Shown: positions 26,651 to 36,230 of the stretch, piece after piece
Layout: every line of letters starts with the position of its first letter
Numbering within the stretch: the stretch's first letter is position 1
Assembly (NCBI GenBank): GCA_036388335.1
Contig: DASVSA010000606.1
Coordinates: 1-49,375 of the forward strand
Length of the DNA: 49,375 nucleotides
Source: Longimicrobium sp.
Lineage (GTDB): Bacteria; Gemmatimonadota; Gemmatimonadetes; Longimicrobiales; Longimicrobiaceae
Reading direction: 5' to 3'
Made by a program: the position numbers and the translations under genes
Notes under the pieces: model-generated
The model's input: the letters and a program-made list of their open reading frames with translations, nothing else
Databases searched by the model: none
Told to the model about the DNA's origin: nothing

Positions 26651-27643
26651 ATGGCGACCGGATCGGCCAGTGAACCGACACTGTACGTAGTCACTTACTA
26701 CGCGTTCAACCATGCTGCTCGTCAGGTGCCGATCGACGCGCGGTTCCTGAAGAGCGATCGGAACATCGTCTACTTCCTGATCGACAAGAGCTGCCCCGAG
26801 CCGCTCCGCGACAAGAAGGTGCTGTTCGAGTCGCGTGTCGATCCGCTGCTGGCCGAGGCGGGGAAACGCTACTTCGCCGAGTGGACTTTTCTCCTGGCCG
26901 AAGCGAAGCACGCGTTCTGCACCTATCCGCTGTTCACGGTGTCGTCGCGCTTCTACGAGAAGAACCGCTGGCTGCAGACGGATCTCAACCAGGAGTGGGA
27001 CAGGCTGTTTGGCCACCTGGAGCAGTACGGATGGGGCTACCTTCCCAGCTACGACAGGCCTTTCGGGTGGCAGGACCTGACGATGTACCAGACACGGGGG
27101 CTGCTGCCGGTCACGCCCCCGGGGCGCACGCTGATCCAGGACATGTTCGGCGTCGGCATCCCCGACACGTACCACCTGATGTCCGACTTCTTCTGCAACT
27201 ATATCGGATTCCAGAGCCGCGAGCACCTGCTGGAGTACGTGAACTTCTACAAGCCCCTGATCGACACGCTGTTCGATGAGAACTACGTCCCCCGGGAAGA
27301 CCTGAGCAGATACGTCGAGAGCACGGGCACGTACCGGAACGAGAAGCCCTTTACCTTCCTGTTGGAGCTGATGTCGCACCTGTTCTTCCACAACGAGGAC
27401 AGGAAGTTTCTCGGCTTGCACTACGACGGGTACTACGAGGTGGACGAGCGGAGACAGCGGATGAAGCTGATAGAGGCGATCCCGTTCGATTTCTCGAAGG
27501 CGCAGGGTTCACCGCGGCCGGGGCTGCCGCGGAGGGTCCTGAGCCGGGCCAAGCGCGAACTGATGTGGAAGTACGGCCAGCTGCGAACCAGGATCGCGGA
27601 TGTTCCCGCGGCGCCGAGCGTACGACCGCACCTCAACCCATAG
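26651..27643 (+). CDS. Hypothetical soluble protein, possibly a remote DUF4422/GT111-like glycosyltransferase
   Basis: Clear coding bias and a purine-rich ribosome-binding site (AGGAGGGAG) before ATG 26651. Aromatic-rich. Blocks YFAEWTFL, FFCNYIGF...LLEYVNF and FTFLLE loosely echo DUF4422. Confidence 0.75.
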   Translation: MATGSASEPTLYVVTYYAFNHAARQVPIDARFLKSDRNIVYFLIDKSCPEPLRDKKVLFESRVDPLLAEAGKRYFAEWTFLLAEAKHAFCTYPLFTVSSRFYEKNRWLQTDLNQEWDRLFGHLEQYGWGYLPSYDRPFGWQDLTMYQTRGLLPVTPPGRTLIQDMFGVGIPDTYHLMSDFFCNYIGFQSREHLLEYVNFYKPLIDTLFDENYVPREDLSRYVESTGTYRNEKPFTFLLELMSHLFFHNEDRKFLGLHYDGYYEVDERRQRMKLIEAIPFDFSKAQGSPRPGLPRRVLSRAKRELMWKYGQLRTRIADVPAAPSVRPHLNP

Positions 27644-27657
27644 CATAGTGGAGCCGC

Positions 27658-28860
27658 ATGCATTGCCGCGTCTGTGATTCGACCAACCTGGAGCTCGCCG
27701 TGGACCTGGGCCAGCAGCCCTGGTGCAACCACTTCCTCACGCCGGACCAGGTGGGGAAGGAGCCGTTCTACCCGCTGCGCCTCGTCTACTGCCACAACTG
27801 CTCCACGTCGCAGCTGGACTACACGGTGCCGAAGGAGACGATGTTCGGCGACCACACCTACCTTTCGGGGATCACCCGCTCGCTGAGCGACCACTTCCGC
27901 GACGTGGCCGCGGAGGTGGACTCGCGCTTCGCCGGGGACCGCGCCGGTAAGTCGGTGCTGGACATCGGCTCCAACGACGGCACGCAGCTGAAGCACTTCC
28001 AGGCGCTGGGATATGACGTCCTGGGCGTCGAATCGTCCAAGACCACGGCCCGCATCGCGCAGGAAGCCGGCGTGCCCACGGTCAACGAGTTCTTCAACTT
28101 GGAGCTGGTGAAGTCGCTGGACCGCAAGTTCGACGTCATCAACGCGGCGGGCGTCTTCTTCCACCTGGAAGAGCTGCACTCCGTGACCGACGGGATCCGC
28201 GAGGCGCTCAGGGAAGACGGCGTCTTCGTGGTGCAGTTCCTCTACATGAAGCGGATCATCGAGAACCTTGCGTTCGACCAGATCTACCACGAGCACCTGC
28301 TCTATTACACGTTCCGCACCATCGAGGTGCTGCTGAACCGGCACGGGCTGGCGATGTTCGACGCGCACGTGTCGCCCATCCACGGCGGTTCGGTGATCGG
28401 GTTCGTGACGCACGCGGGGGTACGTCCGCCCTCGGAACGGCTGGAAGCGCTGCGCCGCGAGGAGGACGAGGCGGACACCAACTCCTTCGCCACCTACCTG
28501 GCCTTCGCCGAGCGCATCAAGCGGATGAAGGAGGAGAACCTGGAGTACCTGGAGCGCAACAAGCGCGAGGGGAAGCGGATCTTCGGCTTCGGCGCGCCCG
28601 TGAAGGGGAACACCATGCTCAACTACTTCGGCGTGGGCACCCAGTACCTGGACTGCCTGGTAGAGAAGAACGAGCTGCGCCGCGGCCTCTACTCGCCGGG
28701 GATGCACATCCCGCTCGTGATCGAGAGCGAGCTGAAGGAGGTGCCGGACGTGTACTACGTGCTCGCCTGGAACTTCAAGCGCGAGATCCTCAAGAACAAC
28801 GCGGCGCTGCAGGAGCAGGGCGTGGAGTTCTTCTTTCCCGTGGATCCCCAGGATGCCTGA
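27658..28860 (+). CDS. NDP-sugar C-methyltransferase (Zn-binding, TcaB9/TylC3/NovU-like)
   Basis: CRVC...DLG.QP..N.F...YPL.L.YC.NC...QL, LDIGSNDG, FDQIYHEHL.YY, IHGGS, FGAPVKGNTMLNY, LAWNF..EI. Confidence 0.9.
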   Translation: MHCRVCDSTNLELAVDLGQQPWCNHFLTPDQVGKEPFYPLRLVYCHNCSTSQLDYTVPKETMFGDHTYLSGITRSLSDHFRDVAAEVDSRFAGDRAGKSVLDIGSNDGTQLKHFQALGYDVLGVESSKTTARIAQEAGVPTVNEFFNLELVKSLDRKFDVINAAGVFFHLEELHSVTDGIREALREDGVFVVQFLYMKRIIENLAFDQIYHEHLLYYTFRTIEVLLNRHGLAMFDAHVSPIHGGSVIGFVTHAGVRPPSERLEALRREEDEADTNSFATYLAFAERIKRMKEENLEYLERNKREGKRIFGFGAPVKGNTMLNYFGVGTQYLDCLVEKNELRRGLYSPGMHIPLVIESELKEVPDVYYVLAWNFKREILKNNAALQEQGVEFFFPVDPQDA

Positions 28861-29803
28861 GCCGATGCGCGTGATCGTAACCGGGTCCAGCGGCTTCCTG
28901 GGCACCGCGCTCTGCGCCCGCCTGGAAGCGGAGGGCAACGAGGTGGTGCGCCTCAACTCGCGCAACGCCGACCTGCGGCGCGACGGCTCGCTCGACGCGT
29001 TCGAAGGGCCCTTCGACCAGATCTTCCACCTTGCCGCGTGGACGCAGGCGGGCGACTTCTGCCTCTACCACCCCGGCGAGCAGTGGCTGATCAACCAGCA
29101 GATCAACACCAACGTGCTGCGCTGGTGGCAGGAGCGGCAGCCGCGGGCCAAGCTGGTGTCCATCGGCACGAGCTGCGCGTACGCGGAGGACCGGGCGCTG
29201 GTGGAGGAGAACTACCTGGAGGGGCAGCCCATCGAGAGCCTCTTCACGTACGCCCACACCAAGCGGATGCTGTACGTGGGGCTGCGCGCCCTCCACAAGC
29301 AGTTCGGGATGAGCTACCTGACGGTGGTGCCCTCCACGCTCTACGGCGAGGGGTACCACACGGACGGGCGGCAGATGCACTTCATCTTCGACCTGATCCG
29401 CAAGATCCTGCGCGGCAAGCTGTACGGCGAGCCGGTGGTGCTGTGGGGGAACGGGCACCAGCGCCGCGAGCTGGTGTTCGTGGACGACTTCGTTTCCATC
29501 ATGCTGCGGCTCAACCAGCGGGTGGAGAACGACCTGGTGAACATCGGGGCGGGGGAGGAGCACACCATCCGCGAGTTCGCGCAGGCCATCTGCGACGTCG
29601 TGGGCTACGACTTCGGCCAGATCCAGTTCGACGAGAGCCGCTACGTGGGCGCCAAGTCCAAGGTGCTGAGCGTGGCCAAGCTGCGCACGCTGCTGCCGGA
29701 CGTGGAGATGACCCCGCTGCAGCAGGGGCTGCGGCGCACGGTGGATTGGTTCCAGGGGCAGCCCGCCGCCATCGGGCCCGCACCCAGCCCCGCCGGGGTG
29801 TGA
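28853..29803 (+). CDS. GDP-fucose-synthase (Fcl)-like NDP-sugar epimerase/4-ketoreductase
   Basis: VTGSSGFLG, HLAA, SIGTSCAY, YAHTKR (YxxxK), P..LYG, HFI.DLIRK, LWG.G...RE..FVDD, VNIG.G.E.TI.E.A. Confidence 0.82.
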   Translation: MPEPMRVIVTGSSGFLGTALCARLEAEGNEVVRLNSRNADLRRDGSLDAFEGPFDQIFHLAAWTQAGDFCLYHPGEQWLINQQINTNVLRWWQERQPRAKLVSIGTSCAYAEDRALVEENYLEGQPIESLFTYAHTKRMLYVGLRALHKQFGMSYLTVVPSTLYGEGYHTDGRQMHFIFDLIRKILRGKLYGEPVVLWGNGHQRRELVFVDDFVSIMLRLNQRVENDLVNIGAGEEHTIREFAQAICDVVGYDFGQIQFDESRYVGAKSKVLSVAKLRTLLPDVEMTPLQQGLRRTVDWFQGQPAAIGPAPSPAGV

Positions 29804-31080
29804 TGTCCGCCGCGAACGCCGCGCAGCGGACGGTGTACCTGGTCGACCCCGACCTGCACGGCACGCTGGGGCACTACCTGGACTACGCCCTGGCGGTGTA
29901 TCACGAGGCGCGCGCCCGGGGCGACTCGTTCCTGGCGCTGGTGCCCACCTGCGCCAGCGAAGCGGTGCGCGCGGCGCTCCCCACCCGGCCCGCGTTCCGG
30001 CGCCGGCACGGCGGCGCGGAGCCCGCGGGCCGGCTGCCGCACTCGCTGCGGATGCTGGGGAAGCTGGGGGCGGAGAGCATGGCGGCCTTCGCGGACCTGC
30101 GCCGGGCGGCGCGGTCGCTCCCGGCGGGGCCCTCGGTCTTCTTCTTTCCCAACCCCAGCACGATGGACCTCCTGGGGTTCGTCGCCTGGATCCTGTCGCG
30201 GCCCGCGGACGACGAGGCCTCGTACGTGATCCTGCTGCGCTGGGACCACCACGTGCGCGGGCGCCGCGCCGTGCACCGGGCGCTGCTGAAGGCGGCGTTC
30301 GGGCTGCTGCGCGGCCGGCGGGGAGTGCGCATCGTGTCGGACAGCGCGCCGCTGGCCCGGAGCTACGCCGAGCTCGCCGGGATGCCGGTGGAGGTTCTCC
30401 CCATCCCGCACGCCGAGCCCGGAGCGGGCGGCGCCGCGGCGCCGGCGAGGGGCGGGGCCGGGCGTCCGTGCCACCTGGTGTACGTGGGCGGCTGGCGCAC
30501 CGAGCAGGGGGTGGGCGACCTGGCGGACGCGCTCATCGCCATGCGCGGCGACTTCGCGGAGGGGCGCTTCACGGCCACCATCCAGGCGCGGGCTTCGAGC
30601 GTCGATCCCCAGGCGGCGGCGGTGCAGCGGCGCCTCAAGGCCGCCGCCATCCCGGGGGTGGAGATCGTAGAGGAGGTGCTGAGCCGCGAGCGCTTCCTGG
30701 GGTGCCTCGCCGCCGCCGACTTCGTGGTGGTGCCGTACCAGGTGGAGGCGTACCGGTACCGCACCTCCGGGATCTTCGCGGAGGCGGTGGCGCTGGGGAA
30801 GCCGGTAATCACCACGCGCGAGAGCTGGATGGCGGGGGAGTTGGGAGGCGACGAGGCCCTCCTTTACACGAGCGGATCGCCGGACGACCTGGTCCGCACC
30901 CTCCGGGGCGCCGCGGGGCTCCTTCCCGAGCTCGGCGCGCGGGCGGCCCGGCGGCGGAGCGCCTGGAACGCGTTCCACAACCCGGCCACCTTCTACGGCC
31001 TGCTCGTGGGCGACACGCGCCAGGGCGCCGCCACGGCGCGCGCCACGCAGGTGCCGCACGAAGTGAGGCGAGCCGGATGA
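29803..31080 (+). CDS. GT-B fold glycosyltransferase (divergent GT4-like)
   Basis: DP.L.G..GHY.DY, YVGGWR.EQG, ADFVVVPY....Y..RTSGIFAEA.A.GKPVIT. TGATG coupling with the upstream gene. Confidence 0.8.
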   Translation: MSAANAAQRTVYLVDPDLHGTLGHYLDYALAVYHEARARGDSFLALVPTCASEAVRAALPTRPAFRRRHGGAEPAGRLPHSLRMLGKLGAESMAAFADLRRAARSLPAGPSVFFFPNPSTMDLLGFVAWILSRPADDEASYVILLRWDHHVRGRRAVHRALLKAAFGLLRGRRGVRIVSDSAPLARSYAELAGMPVEVLPIPHAEPGAGGAAAPARGGAGRPCHLVYVGGWRTEQGVGDLADALIAMRGDFAEGRFTATIQARASSVDPQAAAVQRRLKAAAIPGVEIVEEVLSRERFLGCLAAADFVVVPYQVEAYRYRTSGIFAEAVALGKPVITTRESWMAGELGGDEALLYTSGSPDDLVRTLRGAAGLLPELGARAARRRSAWNAFHNPATFYGLLVGDTRQGAATARATQVPHEVRRAG

Positions 31081-32243
31081 CGCTGGTGATCTACGCGGAC
31101 CCGGCGGTGCAGAGCAGCGCCGGGATCGAGCTTTACACGCGGGAGCTGATCCGCGCGGCCTTCAGCGGCGAGTGGGCCGAGCGCACGGTGCTCCTCACCG
31201 GCGAGCGCGCGGCGCTGGACCCGCTCCTGGGCAGGCTGGGGTGCGCCGGCGCGCCCGTGGTGGAGACGCGGCTCTCCGCGCGGGCGCTGCGCTACGCCTG
31301 GACGTTCGCCGGCGCCCCGGCCGCCGACCGGCTGGTGAGGGCGAAGACGGGGCGCCGCGTGTCGCTGGTGCACAACCCGTACAACGTACGCACCCCCACG
31401 CGCGACTGCCCGCAGGCCGTCACCGTGCACGACGTGTTCATCTCCAAGCTCCCGGAGCTGCTGTCGCGCCGGCAGCGCCTTACGCTGAGCGGGGCCATCG
31501 AGGCGCGCGCCCTGCGCACGGACGGGCACCTGTTCACCCCCTCGGCCAGCACCAAGCGCGACGTGGTGGAGCTGTTCGGCGTGGATCCCGGCCGCGTCAC
31601 GGTGACCCCGCTGGGCGTGGACCACTCCCGCTTCCGCCCGTGCGCCGACGAGGGCGCCCGGGCGGGGCTGCGGGAGCGGCTGGGGCTCCCCGAGCGCTAC
31701 GTGCTGTACGTGGGCTCGCTCTACTCGCGCAAGATCGGGCTGCTGCTGGAGGCGTTCCAGCGCGTGGCGCGCCGCTTCCCCCGGTGCAAGCTGGTGGTGG
31801 TGGGGGGGCGCGAGAGCACCGCGGCCGGCGAGGTTCCCTTCGCGGAGCGCCTGCGCAGGCTGCGGCTGGAAGACTCGGTGATCCGCACCGGGTTCCTCCC
31901 CGCCGGCGACATCCCCCTGCTGATGAGCGGGGCGGCGCTCTTCACCTACGTGTCCTTTTACGAGGGGTTCGGCCTCTCGCCGCTGGAGGCCATGGCGTGC
32001 GGGGCGCCCGTGGTGATCTCGGACGTCTCGTCGCTCCCCGAGGTGGCGGGCGACGCGGGGATCAGGGTGGACCCCGCCGACGCCGAGGCGATCGCCGCGG
32101 CCATGGAGAGCGTGCTGGGGGACCCCGCGCGCGCCGCCGAGCTGCGCGCGCGCTCCATCGCCCGCGCCGCGCAATTCACCTGGGAGCGGACGGCGCGGCT
32201 CACCTTCGACGTCTATGAATCTCTGATGCGGGGAGCCGGTTGA
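31077..32243 (+). CDS. Glycosyltransferase family 4 (mannosyltransferase-like)
   Basis: GIELYT.EL, TVHD, PSASTK.D, YVLYVGS...RK, SFYEGFGLSPLEAMACGAPV..S..SSLPEV.G, FTWERTA. Confidence 0.9.
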   Translation: MTLVIYADPAVQSSAGIELYTRELIRAAFSGEWAERTVLLTGERAALDPLLGRLGCAGAPVVETRLSARALRYAWTFAGAPAADRLVRAKTGRRVSLVHNPYNVRTPTRDCPQAVTVHDVFISKLPELLSRRQRLTLSGAIEARALRTDGHLFTPSASTKRDVVELFGVDPGRVTVTPLGVDHSRFRPCADEGARAGLRERLGLPERYVLYVGSLYSRKIGLLLEAFQRVARRFPRCKLVVVGGRESTAAGEVPFAERLRRLRLEDSVIRTGFLPAGDIPLLMSGAALFTYVSFYEGFGLSPLEAMACGAPVVISDVSSLPEVAGDAGIRVDPADAEAIAAAMESVLGDPARAAELRARSIARAAQFTWERTARLTFDVYESLMRGAG

Positions 32244-33412
32244 ACGAGCGCGACTCGCGGCTGTTGAGCTGCCTTCACGTGATCTCCGGCCTGGGCACGG
32301 GCGGGGCCGAGATGATGCTCCGCAAGCTCGTGCTGGGCACGCAGGGACGCACGCTGAACAACGAGGTGGTGAGCCTGGGCACCCTAGGCACCATCGGCGA
32401 AGAGCTGGCCGCCGCGGGCGTGCCGGTGGTGGCGCTGGGGATGGGGGCGGGAGGGTCCAACGGGCGCGCCGTGCTGCGGCTGGTGCGCCACATGCGCGCG
32501 TCGCGGCCGGACGTGGTGCAGGCCTGGATGTACCACGCCAACCTGATCGGCGGGTTCGCGGCGCGGCTGGCGGGCGCGCCCCCCACCATCTGGAACATCC
32601 GCACCTGCAACCTGGCCGCGGGGGGCGAGAAGGCCAGCACCCGCATGGCGGCCAGGCTCTCCGGCCGGCTGGCCCGCCCGCTCGCGCGGCGAATCGTCAC
32701 CAACGCCCATGCGGCGCGGGACGTGCACGTGGAGTACGGCTACCCGGCCGACCTGTTCCAGGTGATCCCGAACGGGTTCGAGACGACGCGCTTCCGGCCC
32801 GATCCCGAGGCCCGCGCCGCGGTGAGGCGCGAGCTGGGAGTGCCCGACACGGCGCCCCTGGTGGGGCTGCTGGCGCGGCGCCACCCGGTGAAGGACCACC
32901 CCGGCTTCCTGGAGGCCGCGGCGCGCATCCGGCAGGCCCTGCCGGACGCGCACTTCCTCCTGGCGGGGCAGGGCGTGACGCTCGACGACGAGGAGCTGCG
33001 CGAGGCCGTGGAGCGGGGTGGCCTCACGGGCCGGGCGCACCTGCTGGGGCACCGCACGGACACGCCGCGGCTGCTGGCGAGCATGGACGTGTACGTCTCC
33101 GCCTCGTGGTACGGGGAAGCCTTCCCCAACGTGCTGGGCGAGGCCATGGCGTGCGGTGTCCCCTGCGTCGCCACCGACCTGGGGGACTCGGCGCTCATCA
33201 TCGCGGGGCACGGGCGCCTGGTGGAGCCGCGCGACCCCGCGGCGATGGCCGGGGCGTGCCTGGAGATCCTGCGCATGCCGCAGGAGGAGCGGCGGCGGCT
33301 GAGCGCTGCGGCGCGGGATCACATCCAGCGCCACTACTCCATCGAGGCCGTGGCCGCCGCGTACGAGAACATCTATACCGAGATGAGGCGTGTCGACCAG
33401 CATCCAGAGTGA
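32240..33412 (+). CDS. Glycosyltransferase family 4
   Basis: HVISGLGTGGAEMML, WMYHANL, IPNGF, AR.HP.KDH, EAFPNVLGEAMACGVPCVATD.GD. Confidence 0.9.
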   Translation: MNERDSRLLSCLHVISGLGTGGAEMMLRKLVLGTQGRTLNNEVVSLGTLGTIGEELAAAGVPVVALGMGAGGSNGRAVLRLVRHMRASRPDVVQAWMYHANLIGGFAARLAGAPPTIWNIRTCNLAAGGEKASTRMAARLSGRLARPLARRIVTNAHAARDVHVEYGYPADLFQVIPNGFETTRFRPDPEARAAVRRELGVPDTAPLVGLLARRHPVKDHPGFLEAAARIRQALPDAHFLLAGQGVTLDDEELREAVERGGLTGRAHLLGHRTDTPRLLASMDVYVSASWYGEAFPNVLGEAMACGVPCVATDLGDSALIIAGHGRLVEPRDPAAMAGACLEILRMPQEERRRLSAAARDHIQRHYSIEAVAAAYENIYTEMRRVDQHPE

Positions 33413-34256
33413 AAACGTCCCGGCCGCCGCCGCCAACCTCGACCCGTCCGTGGTCGCGGGCTTCGGCGACGAGTGGACCCGCATGGATCAGTCGCGGCTC
33501 ACCGGCACGGAGTACGAGCAGCTCTTCGACTCGTACTTCCACATCTTCCCGTGGGACCGGCTCCCCGCGGACGCCGTGGGGTTCGACCTGGGGTGCGGCA
33601 GCGGCCGCTGGGCGCGCGGCGTGGCGCCGCGCGTGGGCCGGCTTCACTGCGCCGACGCCAGCGGCGACGCGCTCGCGGTGGCGCGGCAGAACCTGGCGCA
33701 CCTCCCCAACGTGAGCTTCCACCACGCCTCTGTGGACGCGCTGCCCTTCGCGGACCGGTCGATGGACTTCGGGTACTGCCTGGGCGTGCTCCACCACGTG
33801 CCGGACACGGCGGCCGGGCTGGCAGCGGCGGTGGCCAAGCTCAAGCCGGGCGCTCCCTTCCTGCTCTACCTCTACTACGCGTTCGACAACCAGCCGCTCT
33901 GGTACCGCTCCGTGTGGAAGATGAGCGAGGGCGCGCGCTACCTGCTCTCGCGCAGCCCGCACGGGGTGCGCTACGCGGCCACGCAGGTGCTGGCGGCCAC
34001 CGTGTACTACCCGCTGGCGCGCGCGGCGCGGCTGCTGGAGCGCGGCGGCGTGAACGTCCATTCGGCGCCGCTCTCGGCGTACCGCAACTGCAGCTTCTAC
34101 ACGATGAGAACCGACGCGCTCGACCGCTTCGGCACGCGCCTGGAGCAGCGGTTCACCCGCCCGCAGATCCGTGCGATGATGGAGGGCGCGGGGCTGCGCG
34201 ACATCACCTTCAGCGACCGCACGCCGTTCTGGTGCGCGGTGGGCGTGAAGCGCTGA
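33390..34256 (+). CDS. Class I SAM-dependent methyltransferase
   Basis: GFG.EW, GFDLGCGSGRWA, DFGYCLGVLHHVPD, KLKPGAPFL.YLYY, DALDRFGTRLEQRF. Confidence 0.85.
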   Translation: MSTSIQSENVPAAAANLDPSVVAGFGDEWTRMDQSRLTGTEYEQLFDSYFHIFPWDRLPADAVGFDLGCGSGRWARGVAPRVGRLHCADASGDALAVARQNLAHLPNVSFHHASVDALPFADRSMDFGYCLGVLHHVPDTAAGLAAAVAKLKPGAPFLLYLYYAFDNQPLWYRSVWKMSEGARYLLSRSPHGVRYAATQVLAATVYYPLARAARLLERGGVNVHSAPLSAYRNCSFYTMRTDALDRFGTRLEQRFTRPQIRAMMEGAGLRDITFSDRTPFWCAVGVKR

Positions 34257-36229
34257 TGTGCGGGCTCACCGGCTTCGTCCACGACGGCCGCGGCGCCTAC
34301 GACCCGGGCTCCGTCATCGACCGCATGACGACGTGCATCAGCCACCGCGGGCCGGACGACGCGGGCGCCTGGCGCGACGACGACGCGGGAGTGGTGCTGG
34401 GCCACCGCCGCCTCTCCATCATCGACCTGTCGCCCGAGGGGCACCAGCCGATGGCGTCGGGGAGCGGGCGCTACCTGATCGCCTTCAACGGCGAGATCTA
34501 CAACTTCGAGGCGGTCCGCGCGGAGCTGGAGCGGGCGGGGCACGGGCGCTGGCGCGGCCACTCGGACACGGAGGTGATGCTGGCCGCGTTCGAGCGCTGG
34601 GGCGTGGTGGGGGCGCTGCAGCGCTTCAACGGCATGTTCGCCTTCGCGCTCTGGGACCGCACGGAGCGCAGGCTTCACCTGGCGCGCGACCGCGCCGGCG
34701 AGAAGCCCCTCTACTACGGCTGGGTGGGCGGCGCCTTCGTCTTTGGATCCGAGCTCAAGGCGCTGCGTGCCTTCCCCGGGTTCGAGGGCGAGGTGGACGT
34801 GGACGCGCTCGCGCTCTTCATGCGTCACAACTACGTCCCCGCGCCGCGCTCCATCTACCGTGGCGTCTCCAAGCTCCCTCCCGGCACCGTGCTTACCCTC
34901 CCCTGGGCCGAGCCGGGCGCGGGGAGGCCCCACACGATCGAGCCGTACTGGTCTGCCCGTGAAGCCGCCGAGGCCGGCCTGGCCGACCCGTTCCGCGGCA
35001 CCGACGCGGAGGCCGTGGAGGCGCTGGACCGGCTGCTGACCGACGCGGTGGGGCTGAGGATGATGGCGGACGTGCCGCTGGGCGCCTTCCTCTCCGGCGG
35101 GGTGGACTCGTCCACCGTGGTGGCGCTGATGCAGAAGCAGAGCGACTCCCCGGTGCGCACCTTCTCCATCGGCTTCTCCGAACAGGGGTACGACGAGGCG
35201 CAGTACGCCAGGGAGGTGGCGAAGCACCTGGGCACTCAGCACACCGAGCTGTACGTGACCCCCGAGCAGGCGATGGCCGTCATCCCCCGCCTGCCGGAGA
35301 TGTACGACGAGCCGTTCGCGGACTCGTCGCAGATCCCCACCTACCTGGTGAGCGAGCTGGCGCGGCGGCACGTGACGGTGGCCCTCTCCGGCGACGCGGG
35401 CGACGAGCTGTTCGCGGGATACAACCGCTACTTCTGGAACCAGCGCATCTGGAACCGCATCGGCTGGATGCCGCACCCGGTGCGCACCCGCCTCGCGCGC
35501 GGGATGCGCGCGCTCTCCACCGACACGTGGGAGCGGCTGGCGCGCCCCGTGGACGCGCTGATCCCCTCGCGGCTGCGGGTGAAGCGGCCGGGCGAGAAGA
35601 TGCACAAGCTTGCCGACATCGTGGCGCTGCGCGACGAGGCGGCGATGTACCAGTCGCTCGTGTCGCACTGGGATCTGGACTCGGGCGTGGTGAACGGCGC
35701 GGGCGCGGCGCCCACCCTGCTGGACCGGCCGGGGGAGTGGGCGCGCGTGCCCGATTTCACCCACTCCATGCTGTACCTGGACTTCATGACCTACCTTCCG
35801 GACGACATCCTGGTGAAGGTGGACCGGGCCAGCATGGCCGTGAGCCTGGAAGGGCGCGTCCCGCTCCTGGACCACCGCCTGGTGGAATTCGCCTGGCGCG
35901 TGCCGATGTCGATGAAGATCCGCGACGGGCAGGGGAAGTGGCTGCTGCGGCAGGTGCTGGACCGCTACGTCCCGCGCACCCTCATCGAGCGGCCCAAGAT
36001 GGGCTTCGGCGTGCCGGTGGGCACCTGGCTGCGCGGCCCCCTGCGCGACTGGGCCGAGTCGCTGCTGGACGAGCGCCGCCTGCGCGAGGAAGGGTTCCTG
36101 GACGCCGCGCTGGTGCGCGGGCGCTGGAACGAGCACCTGGCCGGCACCCGCGACTGGCAGTACCACCTCTGGGACGTGCTGATGTTCCAGGCGTGGCACG
36201 AGTCGCAGGCGCTCGCACCGGTGGGCTGA
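34256..36229 (+). CDS. asnB: Asparagine synthase (glutamine-hydrolysing)-type amidotransferase
   Basis: MCG start, HRGPD, LGHRRLSIIDL...GHQPM, FNGEIYN, SDTEV, FLSGGVDSS, SGDAGDELF.GY, KVDRASMA.SLE.RVP.LD. Confidence 0.95.
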   Translation: MCGLTGFVHDGRGAYDPGSVIDRMTTCISHRGPDDAGAWRDDDAGVVLGHRRLSIIDLSPEGHQPMASGSGRYLIAFNGEIYNFEAVRAELERAGHGRWRGHSDTEVMLAAFERWGVVGALQRFNGMFAFALWDRTERRLHLARDRAGEKPLYYGWVGGAFVFGSELKALRAFPGFEGEVDVDALALFMRHNYVPAPRSIYRGVSKLPPGTVLTLPWAEPGAGRPHTIEPYWSAREAAEAGLADPFRGTDAEAVEALDRLLTDAVGLRMMADVPLGAFLSGGVDSSTVVALMQKQSDSPVRTFSIGFSEQGYDEAQYAREVAKHLGTQHTELYVTPEQAMAVIPRLPEMYDEPFADSSQIPTYLVSELARRHVTVALSGDAGDELFAGYNRYFWNQRIWNRIGWMPHPVRTRLARGMRALSTDTWERLARPVDALIPSRLRVKRPGEKMHKLADIVALRDEAAMYQSLVSHWDLDSGVVNGAGAAPTLLDRPGEWARVPDFTHSMLYLDFMTYLPDDILVKVDRASMAVSLEGRVPLLDHRLVEFAWRVPMSMKIRDGQGKWLLRQVLDRYVPRTLIERPKMGFGVPVGTWLRGPLRDWAESLLDERRLREEGFLDAALVRGRWNEHLAGTRDWQYHLWDVLMFQAWHESQALAPVG

Positions 36230-36230
36230 G

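Noticed and set aside
31802-31808. G7/C7 runs in GT genes (also 4265-4271 and 36792-36798) and (AC)5 at 23589-23598 as phase-variation tracts
   Set aside because: They are short, expected at this GC content, and all reading frames are intact.
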